From IMG/VR virus record IMGVR_UViG_3300011977_000001: a stretch of DNA of 64,000 nucleotides, one strand, 5' to 3'. A program made the position numbers and the translations under genes. Position 1 is the first letter of the stretch. Every line of letters begins with the position of its first letter. Source of the stretch: a virus. Of the stretch, positions 52,879 through 61,607 are shown piece by piece. The notes beneath the pieces were generated by a model. The model saw only the letters and a program-made list of their open reading frames with translations. It was not told where the DNA came from and searched no databases.

Positions 52879-52901
52879 ATTATAACTGCACATATGTGCG
52901 T
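52879..52901 (-). promoter_or_regulatory. palindromic motif + consensus -10 (TATAAT)
   Basis: The - sense reads ACGCACATATGTGCAG, then T, then TATAAT, in a 160-nt AT-rich intergenic gap upstream of the 52767 start. An extra half site, ACGCACA, is at 52853-52859. Confidence 0.5.
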
Positions 52902-52929
52902 TGTATAGACAAAATTTGAAAAATCTCCC

Positions 52930-53139
52930 TCAAGTCTTGCTTTCTCCCTCATCCATGACAATCTCCGCTTGACATTCTGTCTGGTCCTTACCAGCAACGG
53001 TAAGCTCAAATGCACACTGTATTCTATTATGCTTATCCGTATATGCGATCGGACATTCAAAACAGTCTCCCGGTTTCCATCTTCTGGAAACGAAAAACTC
53101 AATCTTTGCTTTCATCTTTCGCCTCTCTCGGAATCGCAT
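52930..53139 (-). CDS. small Cys-containing hypothetical protein
   Basis: 69-aa ORF (CFECP...C...C). Confidence 0.4.
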   Translation of the reverse strand: MRFRERRKMKAKIEFFVSRRWKPGDCFECPIAYTDKHNRIQCAFELTVAGKDQTECQAEIVMDEGESKT

Positions 53140-53380
53140 CTGCGCAATACCACTTGTAGCTCGGAATCTTTTTCATACCATGATTGCAGAACTCTAATCC
53201 ATATTGGTCTTTCACTCTGTGTCCACAGCTCTCACAGTGGATGATCTTTTCTGTATCAATCACTTCAGCTACATAGATTGCGTATTTTGCTGCATCCAAG
53301 CCAGCGCAGTATTCCTCGCTCTTGTTCTCGTAATAGCCATTGATTTCATTCAGTACATCAGCTTTCTTGATCAGTTCCAT
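53099..53380 (-). CDS. Cys-rich early protein (HCxxCxH ... WYCAD family)
   Basis: 93 aa: HCESCGHR..FCNHG..KWYCADA. Confidence 0.55.
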   Translation of the reverse strand: MELIKKADVLNEINGYYENKSEEYCAGLDAAKYAIYVAEVIDTEKIIHCESCGHRVKDQYGLEFCNHGMKKIPSYKWYCADAIPREAKDESKD

Positions 53381-53708
53381 TTTGGTCTCCTAAGTCCATG
53401 CGGGCTCCACAATAAGGGCAATACTTGTATGTTTTGTTTGTATCCATCGCTACATTTCGAATCGTGATCTCTCCGCACTCTGAGCAGCGCCAGGATGTGG
53501 ATATTCCAGGGTCAATCGGCTCGACTATCAGCCACTTACCATGCCTTATCATATCCGCATCCTCTTTGGGTGCGTCTTCCAGAATCGTTTTGATCAAATG
53601 TTCACACGCATTTACGAAATTCTCTTCTTTTGGGTCTACGTTTCCGCATCCAAACATTCTAGGCAGGTCAGAAATCAATTTATCAGCGTTAATCAGTTTA
53701 GCCATCAA
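53358..53708 (-). CDS. early protein with C-terminal zinc ribbon (CSECG...YCPYCGARMD)
   Basis: 116 aa; member of the CPxCGAxM ribbon family. Confidence 0.6.
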   Translation of the reverse strand: MMAKLINADKLISDLPRMFGCGNVDPKEENFVNACEHLIKTILEDAPKEDADMIRHGKWLIVEPIDPGISTSWRCSECGEITIRNVAMDTNKTYKYCPYCGARMDLGDQNGTDQES

Positions 53709-53886
53709 TCTCCCTGGTCCTTCCTCTCAATCTCCACTCTCGTGGATTCATACCTTCTAGCTTACAAAATCCGTACTGATCTCCAAGCTCGCAATTCAAA
53801 CAGCTTTCTGTCTTCGTGCACAGCTTCCTGATCTGTTTTGCCAGCTCTTTTATTGTTTTCTTCTCGTTCACCATCGCAGGAGACAT
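53698..53886 (-). CDS. small Cys-containing hypothetical protein
   Basis: 62-aa ORF. Confidence 0.45.
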   Translation of the reverse strand: MSPAMVNEKKTIKELAKQIRKLCTKTESCLNCELGDQYGFCKLEGMNPREWRLRGRTREIDG

Positions 53887-54168
53887 TCAGGCAGTCCAGT
53901 CTTTGAACCGATTTACCCAGTATCGAATTTTCTTTGAGTTCTGCTGCTCAATCACTCTGTACCAGTCGTCAGGTAAAATATCTGTCTCAACGTTCGTGTC
54001 ACCATCACTGTTCATTGTGATTCCCCTGATTGCTCCTGGGAAGCTCTGGTTCAGCCGCTGCTCGGCCTTCGCTATCCGATTCAGGCAGCTGTTGATTCTT
54101 CTCATCAGGATTATTTGCTTTTCTGTCATTTCTTGTCTCCTACCATGAATCCTCCGCATTTTGGGCAA
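53887..54168 (-). CDS. hypothetical early protein
   Basis: 93-aa ORF. Confidence 0.5.
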   Translation of the reverse strand: MPKMRRIHGRRQEMTEKQIILMRRINSCLNRIAKAEQRLNQSFPGAIRGITMNSDGDTNVETDILPDDWYRVIEQQNSKKIRYWVNRFKDWTA

Positions 54169-54437
54169 TAGTGCGGTACCTTTTCACCGTCCTCTGCCAC
54201 AGATTCAAGCACAGCATTCTCAAACTTACGGCCGCAGATTGAACAGGTATAAGCTCCCTGATCAGGTCCGTACTTCCACTCACCATGAGGCATGATCTTC
54301 TTTACAGCAGCAATTCCAGCTCTCAGGGCCCTTCCTTTGTACCTCCTCTTTGGGTCATCGTAGTTCTTCGCCACTCTGCAATTTCTTTCCATTTCCTTCA
54401 GAAACTTGATCGTGATTTCTTTTTCCTTCTCTGTCAT
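54126..54437 (-). CDS. early protein with zinc ribbon (CSICG...YCPKCGGFM)
   Basis: 103 aa. Confidence 0.55.
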   Translation of the reverse strand: MTEKEKEITIKFLKEMERNCRVAKNYDDPKRRYKGRALRAGIAAVKKIMPHGEWKYGPDQGAYTCSICGRKFENAVLESVAEDGEKVPHYCPKCGGFMVGDKK

Positions 54438-54814
54438 TCTTCCGTTCCTCTATCTCCATCTGCGCAGAACCAGTCCTCTTCATGCTCAACAAATGTTCTT
54501 TTGCAGAAGTTATGTGCTTCGCTCAATTCCCTATTCTCTGTAAAGAGTTTGAATCTGACATAATTGCAACATTCTCTGCAGAACACAATGTCCAGCCCCG
54601 GCATTGAATCGACTGATTCTACTGCTTCCTCGACTCCGCTGTTGTAGAAAAGGTCCAGGTCATCCATTGGTTGAAAATTTGTCTTTGCTTCAACTGCACG
54701 GATTGTTGACCTCTTCGGTATCATCTCCACTGCTGTATCCCCCAATATCACGTCTAAGAGTATTCCTAGCTGGGCTTTTATCGCTTTCGCAATCGTTTTC
54801 TTCCAGCTCTGCAA
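54434..54814 (-). CDS. Cys-rich early protein (FCRECCNY ... DWFCADG family)
   Basis: 126-aa ORF. The real start is probably MDDLDLFYNSG at 54667, which removes the overlap with the HTH gene. Confidence 0.5.
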   Translation of the reverse strand: MQSWKKTIAKAIKAQLGILLDVILGDTAVEMIPKRSTIRAVEAKTNFQPMDDLDLFYNSGVEEAVESVDSMPGLDIVFCRECCNYVRFKLFTENRELSEAHNFCKRTFVEHEEDWFCADGDRGTEE

Positions 54815-55079
54815 TCTCTTTTTTCACATCTTCCAAATGCTTCTTCAGGGCTTTGATCTTCTGTTCTTTTTCCAGAGTCTTACTGACCATTGAATCCAGC
54901 GACATGTCCAAATACTTAGCGATGTTATAAGCACAATCCAGAGATATTCTTTTCTGTCTTGAAATATAGCCTCTTGAAATCCCGGCGTTTTTCTCGACTT
55001 CTCCGATCATTATTCCGCTGTTCTCGCATATATATTTGACATTCTTACAGAACTCGACTGATATTTCTTTATCTATCAT
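54690..55079 (-). CDS. XRE-family helix-turn-helix regulator
   Basis: 129 aa with an N-terminal HTH (IGEVEKNAGISRGYISRQKRISLDCAYNIAKYL) and a coiled-coil C-terminal part. Confidence 0.7.
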   Translation of the reverse strand: MIDKEISVEFCKNVKYICENSGIMIGEVEKNAGISRGYISRQKRISLDCAYNIAKYLDMSLDSMVSKTLEKEQKIKALKKHLEDVKKEIAELEENDCESDKSPARNTLRRDIGGYSSGDDTEEVNNPCS

Positions 55080-55453
55080 TCCACCATGACCTCCCTCACA
55101 CTGTCGATCTGATAAAAGTTTGGGTGCTGGTTTGTCTCATCCAGCCACTCTTTCAGCAATTTATCCAGTTTTTCTTGCAGCAGGTCCTCTCCTAACCATC
55201 CCTTTCCTCTTTCAAAATGCGGCCAATCACTATCTTCCGGTGCATACTCAGTTGAATCCTCCATCAGCAGCTCGCACACACTGTCAGCGCTGATCTGAGG
55301 AATGTACGGAATGGCCTCTCCGATAAAGATTTTCTCGCCTGGACTTACGTCATTCTCTTTTGCTTCCTGAATACATTCCTCGATCGATTCATGCAGGCCG
55401 TGTCTCCACGGATCATTGAACTGATCTGTCTCCCAACAGTATTTCACGCTCAT
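55076..55453 (-). CDS. hypothetical early protein
   Basis: 125-aa acidic ORF with ATGA-type coupling to its neighbours. Confidence 0.55.
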   Translation of the reverse strand: MSVKYCWETDQFNDPWRHGLHESIEECIQEAKENDVSPGEKIFIGEAIPYIPQISADSVCELLMEDSTEYAPEDSDWPHFERGKGWLGEDLLQEKLDKLLKEWLDETNQHPNFYQIDSVREVMVE

Positions 55454-55767
55454 GCTTTCTCCTCCTGATCAGTCTTCTCGCCTGCCTTTTCAACTTTACT
55501 GTGTTTAAGCCGGTCCTTTTCACCATCGTCTATGCCGGCAGTCCTGTATTCAACTCCCGCCATTTTTTCTAATGTGTACAGAGCTCTCATATCCGCATAC
55601 ATCATGTTCCATAAATCATGAATCTGGCCGGTCCCCACCATGCTCGGATAGCGTTCCTCATTAAAACTCTCCCGCCAATGACAAAAGATTGCGGTAGACA
55701 GATGCTGGATTGCTACTCCTGCCGAAAGCCTGTCTTTATCTAAAACATCCTCAACCTTTTCCTTCAT
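55450..55767 (-). CDS. hypothetical early protein
   Basis: 105-aa ORF. Confidence 0.55.
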   Translation of the reverse strand: MKEKVEDVLDKDRLSAGVAIQHLSTAIFCHWRESFNEERYPSMVGTGQIHDLWNMMYADMRALYTLEKMAGVEYRTAGIDDGEKDRLKHSKVEKAGEKTDQEEKA

Positions 55768-56315
55768 ACATTGTCCTCTTTCATCCTGATTTCGACCTCA
55801 TAGCCTAATGCGTCCAGGATCTTCATAGCCATGTCCCAGTCAGGAACACGTAGTGCCTTTGCATATCTTCCTATCGAGACCGGTGTTGTTCCAACTTTTT
55901 TTGCAAGATCCTGCTTTTTCATTCCGGTCTTTTCCAGTCCGAGTTTAATCAGTGCCTTAAAGTTATTTGGCATCTTTTTCAAGTCTTTCTTCTGACTTCC
56001 ATCAGCGCAGAACCAATCATTTTGGTGATCTGGCAGGTAATCTACTCCGTTATGAACTACTTTGTCGCATACACACCATCCATCAGGAGATTCGGTCATT
56101 CTGTGCTCGCACTCTTCACAATGTACGATTGCATCCGGAAGATTTTCCGCATATTCGATCGCAGTTTCTATCCCCAGAATGAAGTCTAATTTCCCGTTTT
56201 CCTCATCGTAGTGGTCCATGCGAATCGGTATTGACTGAAGCTCTGATAATCTGATTAGCTTATCCCTCTTCTTTTCACTCATCTGACCATCCATTTCTAT
56301 TATGAGCTCAGGCAT
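55764..56315 (-). CDS. Cys-rich domain (HCEECEH ... DWFCADG) fused to a C-terminal XRE-type HTH
   Basis: 183 aa. The C-terminal part KKQDLAKKVGTTPVSIGRYAKALRVPDWDMAMKILDALG is HTH-like. Confidence 0.6.
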   Translation of the reverse strand: MPELIIEMDGQMSEKKRDKLIRLSELQSIPIRMDHYDEENGKLDFILGIETAIEYAENLPDAIVHCEECEHRMTESPDGWCVCDKVVHNGVDYLPDHQNDWFCADGSQKKDLKKMPNNFKALIKLGLEKTGMKKQDLAKKVGTTPVSIGRYAKALRVPDWDMAMKILDALGYEVEIRMKEDNV

Positions 56316-56524
56316 CTAGCATACGTCTGTGCTGCTTCTTGCAGGTTCTCAGTCGCTATAAGCCTCTTTTCCATAAACCATACGTGATAAACTGGAAGTC
56401 TCTGATCACAAGGCTTCCAGCTCTTGTACAGGCCAGTCCCGGGCAGCTCTGATCTTATCCCGATTCTGGCCAGGTTTATATCTGTATCTCTGAAGCTCTC
56501 TGCCCACATTTCAAAAATTGTCAT
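56300..56524 (-). CDS. hypothetical early protein
   Basis: 74-aa ORF. Confidence 0.45.
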   Translation of the reverse strand: MTIFEMWAESFRDTDINLARIGIRSELPGTGLYKSWKPCDQRLPVYHVWFMEKRLIATENLQEAAQTYARCLSS

Positions 56525-56811
56525 TGTGTTCCCTCGATCACTCTGATAATGTCGTCAGCCGTCAACCATCCATCAGGATCTGCTCCGTAGCCTCTTATCC
56601 AGCATTCCAACAGCCCCTGCTGGTATCCGTAGGTACCGAATCCGTAAACAACACTCCACTCATTACCATAGAGTTCAAATTTTTTTCGAACTATCGGTTC
56701 GATCTGCTTTCCAAATGCTTCGATCTTTTCCTGGTTAGGTTCTGAGTCATCACGCCAGGGAATGTTATGTGCCGTAAGATAATCCCTCAGTTTCTGCATT
56801 TCCGCATTCAT
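56521..56811 (-). CDS. hypothetical early protein
   Basis: 96-aa ORF. Confidence 0.55.
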   Translation of the reverse strand: MNAEMQKLRDYLTAHNIPWRDDSEPNQEKIEAFGKQIEPIVRKKFELYGNEWSVVYGFGTYGYQQGLLECWIRGYGADPDGWLTADDIIRVIEGTQ

Positions 56812-56823
56812 ACCATCAGCTCC

Positions 56824-57099
56824 TCAATAAATCTGCATCGGTTTTCCGCAGTTCGGACAAAATTCATATTTGCAGGTCTTAGGTTTTTCTTGCTTTTTCC
56901 TGTTTCCCTGAGGGTAATAAGCAATTTTCCCACATTCGCTGCATATGAACATCATTGACTTATCCCGAATGTTTGCGGGTTTCCAAGTTCCTGTCTTTTC
57001 TCTTTCATCCATGCGCCGAAGCAGTCTTTCCAGAACCGATTTGCGCTCCGGGTCGGATTCTTCTTCTATCATTCCAAGCAGGATTGCTCGATCACTCAT
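56824..57099 (-). CDS. early protein with zinc ribbon (CSECG...FCPNCGKPM)
   Basis: Start chosen at MSDRAILLG (ATG 57097-57099, ATGA overlap with the upstream stop), giving 91 aa. Confidence 0.55.
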   Translation of the reverse strand: MSDRAILLGMIEEESDPERKSVLERLLRRMDEREKTGTWKPANIRDKSMMFICSECGKIAYYPQGNRKKQEKPKTCKYEFCPNCGKPMQIY

Positions 57100-57557
57100 T
57101 TTCTCTTCCTGGCTTTCTTTGCCGGCTTTACCTCTGGTTGCTTTTCTGTATTGTCCGGAATGATTTTGCTTGGGACATCGATAATCGATATGATGCAAAT
57201 CAACCAGTTAAGCTGCTGCAAAGCTGCTGACATTTTCATATCCTGTTCTTTAGCTGGCATACCATCCGTTATCCCGTAATCTTCATAATCCAGTCCGCAT
57301 TCTGTGAATACCTTATCAATATCGCAGCAATCAGAGCTTTCCCAGATAACGATCCTGTCATTTGCGATGCAGACAGATGCTATAAATGAGTCTCCCAGGT
57401 CTCCCTGATATAGCTCCGGTTCTCCGTCCACCACGTAAACCCCATCTTTCACCATCGGTACGACTGGCAGGTCCGGATGCTGCTTCATCAGTCTTTCCAG
57501 CTTCCCGAAGTTTTTCTTTTCTCTCCTGATCTCCTTAATGCTTGCAGGTACTATCAT
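57096..57557 (-). CDS. hypothetical early protein
   Basis: 153-aa ORF. Confidence 0.55.
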   Translation of the reverse strand: MIVPASIKEIRREKKNFGKLERLMKQHPDLPVVPMVKDGVYVVDGEPELYQGDLGDSFIASVCIANDRIVIWESSDCCDIDKVFTECGLDYEDYGITDGMPAKEQDMKMSAALQQLNWLICIISIIDVPSKIIPDNTEKQPEVKPAKKARKRK

Positions 57558-57851
57558 TCGCTAGACCTCTCTTTCACGATTCTTTTTTCATGCGGAAATA
57601 CCGTCTTCTCATTCCACTGGTAACTGCCGTGTTATCGTTCTCTTCATCGTAGCTGCAGGAAGAGCTCTTCTGACCACGAGTCTCCTCTTGCCAGCCAATC
57701 TTGTCGAAGTATCGATAGCAATCTATTAGGTCAGCTTCTGTTTGACGCTCCCCACGGCTGAAGCCGGGGGATTCCTGCTTCGGCGACCACTACATTGCCA
57801 CAAAGGACTTTAGTTTTACACGGTCTCCACAGGCGTATATTCCCGTACGTC

Positions 57852-58007
57852 CTACGGTACTGTTATGTTTTCTAAACTGCGGCGGTGAGTCCTTTCCGGA
57901 GGATAATAAAAGTCTTTCTTATGCAGCTTTGTGTATTTTCTTACCAGACCTATGTTTGGAGCAGAGCCTCGTGAGCAGGCTTCTTTCTCAAACTCTTCCT
58001 TTATCAT
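57852..58007 (-). CDS. possible small protein (51 aa)
   Basis: Hand-translated as MIKEEFEKEACSRGSAPNIGLVRKYTKLHKKDFYYPPERTHRRSLENITVP, with GGAGA 8 nt upstream. It lies in an otherwise ORF-poor 450-nt gap. Confidence 0.35.
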   Translation of the reverse strand: MIKEEFEKEACSRGSAPNIGLVRKYTKLHKKDFYYPPERTHRRSLENITVP

Positions 58008-58010
58008 TTT

Positions 58011-58562
58011 TCAATCTCCGTCCCATACACCATCAGGTCTAAGTTTTGCGAATGCTTCCAACTGTTTAAGAGCTTTGATAGCGTTTGCTGCGGTCCGCTC
58101 ATAGTAATTACTGGTATCTCCCTCACTCACTACATAATCGTCCTCTTTACAGCTTCGCTTGCCATCAGGTAGCTTTATGTATTGAGGAAAGTCGATCTCG
58201 ATTCCGTGATTGTCGAAGAAACGTTGTCTCTTTCTCCTAGCAGTTTTCCACGTACCATCAGGGTTCTTATACTTTTTTCCTATCCTGGCCGCCAGGTCTT
58301 CTAGCATCGGTATTGATTCCACTGCGGTTTTTCCGTACAGTCCTCTGAATCCATGCTCGATCTTTCCGTCTGAATCTTGATAGGCAAATCTCTCGTCACC
58401 ATCAGCTGCTTCAAAGTAATAGTTTGAATAGTTCCAGGTAACATTAAGCCAGCACTCTCTTGTTCCTCCAATGGCATAAGTTCCGCCTCTCATCTGGTGT
58501 GGCTCATCCAGCAGCAGAGTATTTCCAGTCACTGGATCATTCAGTGTTACGTCCCAGCTCAT
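58011..58562 (-). CDS. hypothetical early protein
   Basis: 183-aa ORF. Confidence 0.6.
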   Translation of the reverse strand: MSWDVTLNDPVTGNTLLLDEPHQMRGGTYAIGGTRECWLNVTWNYSNYYFEAADGDERFAYQDSDGKIEHGFRGLYGKTAVESIPMLEDLAARIGKKYKNPDGTWKTARRKRQRFFDNHGIEIDFPQYIKLPDGKRSCKEDDYVVSEGDTSNYYERTAANAIKALKQLEAFAKLRPDGVWDGD

Positions 58563-58645
58563 TCACTCACCATCCTTTTCTTCGGTGTAGCGTCTTTGCA
58601 GCTGAAGTTTTCATTAGTCAGCCACTTTCCGCTCTGAATTACTTT

Positions 58646-58933
58646 TCAACCTTCTGTTCCTTTTGGCTCATTCAGCAATGGATTTGAATATTTCGGATTT
58701 ATGCACCATCCTGCTGCTGCCTTCTCTGGGTTAAGCCAAAAGTTGCATTGTGCACAATGAATCGTCTTTGTGTCCCTGGTCGAGTCAGCCAGAATCGTAA
58801 TCCTGTTATTCACCATGCTGATTCCGATCACTCGAAGCGGTTTATGGTCTCCGTCCGTCACAAATATCTCTTTCGGATAATTTTTATGATCAGCAATTTT
58901 TACAACTTCATTCAAAAACTCGACCAGTTTCAT
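58646..58933 (-). CDS. hypothetical early protein (HCAQCNFW Cys motif)
   Basis: 95-aa ORF. Confidence 0.55.
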   Translation of the reverse strand: MKLVEFLNEVVKIADHKNYPKEIFVTDGDHKPLRVIGISMVNNRITILADSTRDTKTIHCAQCNFWLNPEKAAAGWCINPKYSNPLLNEPKGTEG

Positions 58934-58995
58934 TTGTTACCTCTCTGCTAACATTCCCGACATTTCTTCCAGGAATGTTTATCTACATCTGTCTA

Positions 58996-59451
58996 TTATT
59001 CCTCGTCTGGAATTTTCTCTACACCGACTCTGACCATCCATCCTGGGATACCCGATACCCTGGTTTTGATCTCATATCCGTCTGTTTCGTTTTTCTCTGC
59101 ATCCTCTATCAGGGCTCTGATAATGCTGGTCGTCACGATCATGAAAGTGTGGTTCTCTTCATTTGATTCCTGCTTTTTATCCGAAATAGAAATCACTTTG
59201 CTGTCCTTTTTCCCGGCTGGTTGTTCAGTTTCTTCCGGTGGTTTAATTCCCAGCAGCTGAGCAATAAATCCTTGAACCTTTGTCAAATCTTCACGATCTG
59301 CATCAGGCATAGCCATGAAGTTTTCTTTCTTCATGTACGGACCGTCATTCGGTCCAAGTCCGTGCCCGCTATTTGGAATTTGCAATAAATCGTACTTATC
59401 GAAATAGGCTTGAACTATATCGATCAGGTCCGGGACGTTTCGTTCCCTCAT
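58996..59451 (-). CDS. hypothetical protein, paralog of 59448-59858
   Basis: Start chosen at MRERNVPDLID (ATGA overlap with the upstream stop). It shares ..EDREDL..A..L.G...... and the C-terminal [AI]PGW..[QR][IV]GVEK with its neighbour. Confidence 0.55.
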   Translation of the reverse strand: MRERNVPDLIDIVQAYFDKYDLLQIPNSGHGLGPNDGPYMKKENFMAMPDADREDLTKVQGFIAQLLGIKPPEETEQPAGKKDSKVISISDKKQESNEENHTFMIVTTSIIRALIEDAEKNETDGYEIKTRVSGIPGWMVRVGVEKIPDEE

Positions 59452-59858
59452 ATTTTCACGCCTCCGTTTTCCTTTTCGACTCCGATCTGAGCTTTCCATC
59501 CAGGTGCATATCTGAGCTGTACTTCCAGATAATCTCCGTCAACACCATTCTTCATTGCGTCCTCGATCATCCTAAGAGCTGTGCTTTTTGTAAGCTGGAC
59601 GATTGTTTCACCATCATTATCTTTCTTTGTTAGCTTGTCATATTCCGGGATACCGGTGTTCTTCTGGCCTGTAAGTCTTCCTACAAGTTCGATTGCTTTG
59701 ATCAGGTCCTCCCGCTCATCCTCTGGCATCTTTTCAAGATTTTCCTGATCAAGTTCTGCAGTATTATCATCCGTCTGTTGATCTGCCGGCAGCGGTTTCA
59801 GCAGCTGATACTTTTCGATATATTTTCCAATCTGATTCGCAATCTCAATTCTCGCCAT
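59448..59858 (-). CDS. hypothetical protein, paralog of 58996-59451
   Basis: Start chosen at MARIEIANQIG (GAGGAGG RBS), giving 136 aa. Confidence 0.55.
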   Translation of the reverse strand: MARIEIANQIGKYIEKYQLLKPLPADQQTDDNTAELDQENLEKMPEDEREDLIKAIELVGRLTGQKNTGIPEYDKLTKKDNDGETIVQLTKSTALRMIEDAMKNGVDGDYLEVQLRYAPGWKAQIGVEKENGGVKI

Positions 59859-59859
59859 C

Positions 59860-60294
59860 TTATTCCTCCTCATTTTGAGTTTTATAGGATTCTGGCAGCG
59901 GTTTCCAAGCAAGAACAGAATAATAAATCGGAAGCCATTTCCCGTTTGCCAGCTTCCACTCATAGCAAAGTTCATTATTCTGTCTTCTCGCCAGATGTAC
60001 GTTTCTGCTTTCTTCGCTTGTACTGATCTCAACCCATTCCCCATAGTCTGGCATTCGTTCCTTAACCGGAACCCATCTGTACCGTTTCAAAATCTTAATA
60101 GCTTCCATGCAGGCATCGACCGTTGTCTTGTCATCCTTGTTCAGATTAGCGGGCATCTTTGTTTCCCCGCTCATTGGATCAAGCAAAAACATGTCAACTG
60201 TAAACCTCCCAAAACTTTCCTTCACCTGATCCTCAAAATCATCCGGAAGAGCCAGCGTATCAAACGGTTTAATCCATGGCAGCTCTATTTTCAT
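59860..60294 (-). CDS. hypothetical protein with DUF551-like C-terminal half
   Basis: 144 aa. RWVPVKERMPDYGEWVEIS....VLAWKPLPESY fits the phage DUF551 pattern. Confidence 0.5.
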   Translation of the reverse strand: MKIELPWIKPFDTLALPDDFEDQVKESFGRFTVDMFLLDPMSGETKMPANLNKDDKTTVDACMEAIKILKRYRWVPVKERMPDYGEWVEISTSEESRNVHLARRQNNELCYEWKLANGKWLPIYYSVLAWKPLPESYKTQNEEE

Positions 60295-60357
60295 TTTTCG
60301 TTTCCTCCAGGTCCAACAAATTTCAGATTATTGGACTTATCAGCCAGTTAGTTCAAT

Positions 60358-60612
60358 TTATCGCTTATCTTTTGATTTATCGCTTGTGTCCATCTTCGCG
60401 CCACAGTTTGGGCAATAGTTATGTGGTCTTCCGTTAAACAAATCAACATTCCCATAACCACATTCAGAGCAATATGCGTGTTCATGTGCCTTATCAACAA
60501 ATACCCACTGTCCTGTCTTTTGCAAAGGTGTAACATAACACATTGCCACTTCATCTTCGTTACACTCTTCCAAAATCATTTTTATTCTTTTTACTGCTTC
60601 TTCCCTTGTCAT
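60358..60612 (-). CDS. early protein with zinc ribbon (YCSECG...YCPNCGAKMD)
   Basis: 84 aa. Confidence 0.6.
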   Translation of the reverse strand: MTREEAVKRIKMILEECNEDEVAMCYVTPLQKTGQWVFVDKAHEHAYCSECGYGNVDLFNGRPHNYCPNCGAKMDTSDKSKDKR

Positions 60613-60694
60613 TCTTCCACCTCAAAAGCATCTGTCCAGTAACCTCTGATCCAATCTCTTAACATTTTCTTCAGTGCATCTGCGTCAATCAGCC

Positions 60695-60946
60695 TCATGT
60701 CCTCAATTCCTCTTCAATTTCTTTGGTGTAACATTCTATGCAAACGACATATTCCATGCCGTAAAGCGTGTGAATCTTCCTGCTGGTGTATCCATAACCA
60801 AACATAATTGTTCTCCCGCATTCCGCACAGTTGACTATTGATCCCATATCATCCTCGTAAGTCGATACATTCCAGTCATCCGGAACTTCATAAGGATCAT
60901 ACTTATTGGTTTTATAATTCCACTTACGCAGCATCATCCCAACCAC
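60695..60946 (-). CDS. small zinc-ribbon protein (CAECG...CIEC)
   Basis: 83 aa. Confidence 0.55.
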   Translation of the reverse strand: MVGMMLRKWNYKTNKYDPYEVPDDWNVSTYEDDMGSIVNCAECGRTIMFGYGYTSRKIHTLYGMEYVVCIECYTKEIEEELRT

Positions 60947-61069
60947 CCCATTTCAGCAAACGGACAATTTTCGCATTCTTCAAATACTCCGTCCTCAGAC
61001 GGATGTCCTTAACCGTTTGAATACCGACAGTAATCATCGCAGATTTCATCTATTGCGTCCTGGATAATC

Positions 61070-61267
61070 TCATAAGCTGTCCTTTCCTTCATCTTCCGTC
61101 CCTTTCCACTTGTTAGCTGGATCTCCGCAGGCTCCACTGGACTTGCAAGTGTCTTTCACACGGTCGTAGTCAGCGCAATCTATGCACGGATTTCCCAGAG
61201 CGCAATACTTACAACGATACTTGCAATCCAAATTTTCATATTCATAACATAATTCACACGCATCCAT
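61070..61267 (-). CDS. small Cys-rich protein
   Basis: Start chosen at MDACELCYEYENLDCKYRCKYCALGNPCIDCADY (ATG 61265-61267). 65 aa with 11 Cys. Confidence 0.45.
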   Translation of the reverse strand: MDACELCYEYENLDCKYRCKYCALGNPCIDCADYDRVKDTCKSSGACGDPANKWKGTEDEGKDSL

Positions 61268-61607
61268 CTTCAATCTCCTCGTCCATCTTTGCGCCGCAAC
61301 TAGGACAATATATAAATTTCGGTTTTCTGTGTTGTGTAAAATCTTCACCACAGCTTGAACATATCCACACGTTGTCATACGCCGTATCTTCAGAGGCGAG
61401 TTCCCAATGTGCATGTACCACCGGCACGGAATCAATGGTTTTTGCATTGTCGATATAGTCCTTCGCATATTCAATTTCCATCGAACGGTTCCCCACCATG
61501 TTAGTGAAGCTTTGCGGATATTGCCCGCTCATCAATTCTAATGATTCAAATACTTTTATCAGATCATCTGCATCAATCGCCGCCTGTCTGTCAATCAGAT
61601 CTTTCAT
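61254..61607 (-). CDS. RQAAIDA-box protein with zinc ribbon (CSSCG...YCPSCGAKMD)
   Basis: Start chosen at MKDLIDRQAAIDA, giving 117 aa. Confidence 0.55.
   Translation of the reverse strand: MKDLIDRQAAIDADDLIKVFESLELMSGQYPQSFTNMVGNRSMEIEYAKDYIDNAKTIDSVPVVHAHWELASEDTAYDNVWICSSCGEDFTQHRKPKFIYCPSCGAKMDEEIEDGCV

Noticed and set aside
57558-58010. Group I intron splitting the flanking genes
   Set aside because: The upstream ORF (58011-58562) ends at its own stop. The downstream ORF (57096-57557) has its own start and RBS. The two proteins do not read as halves of one protein, and no P7/P3-type conserved core was recognised by eye.
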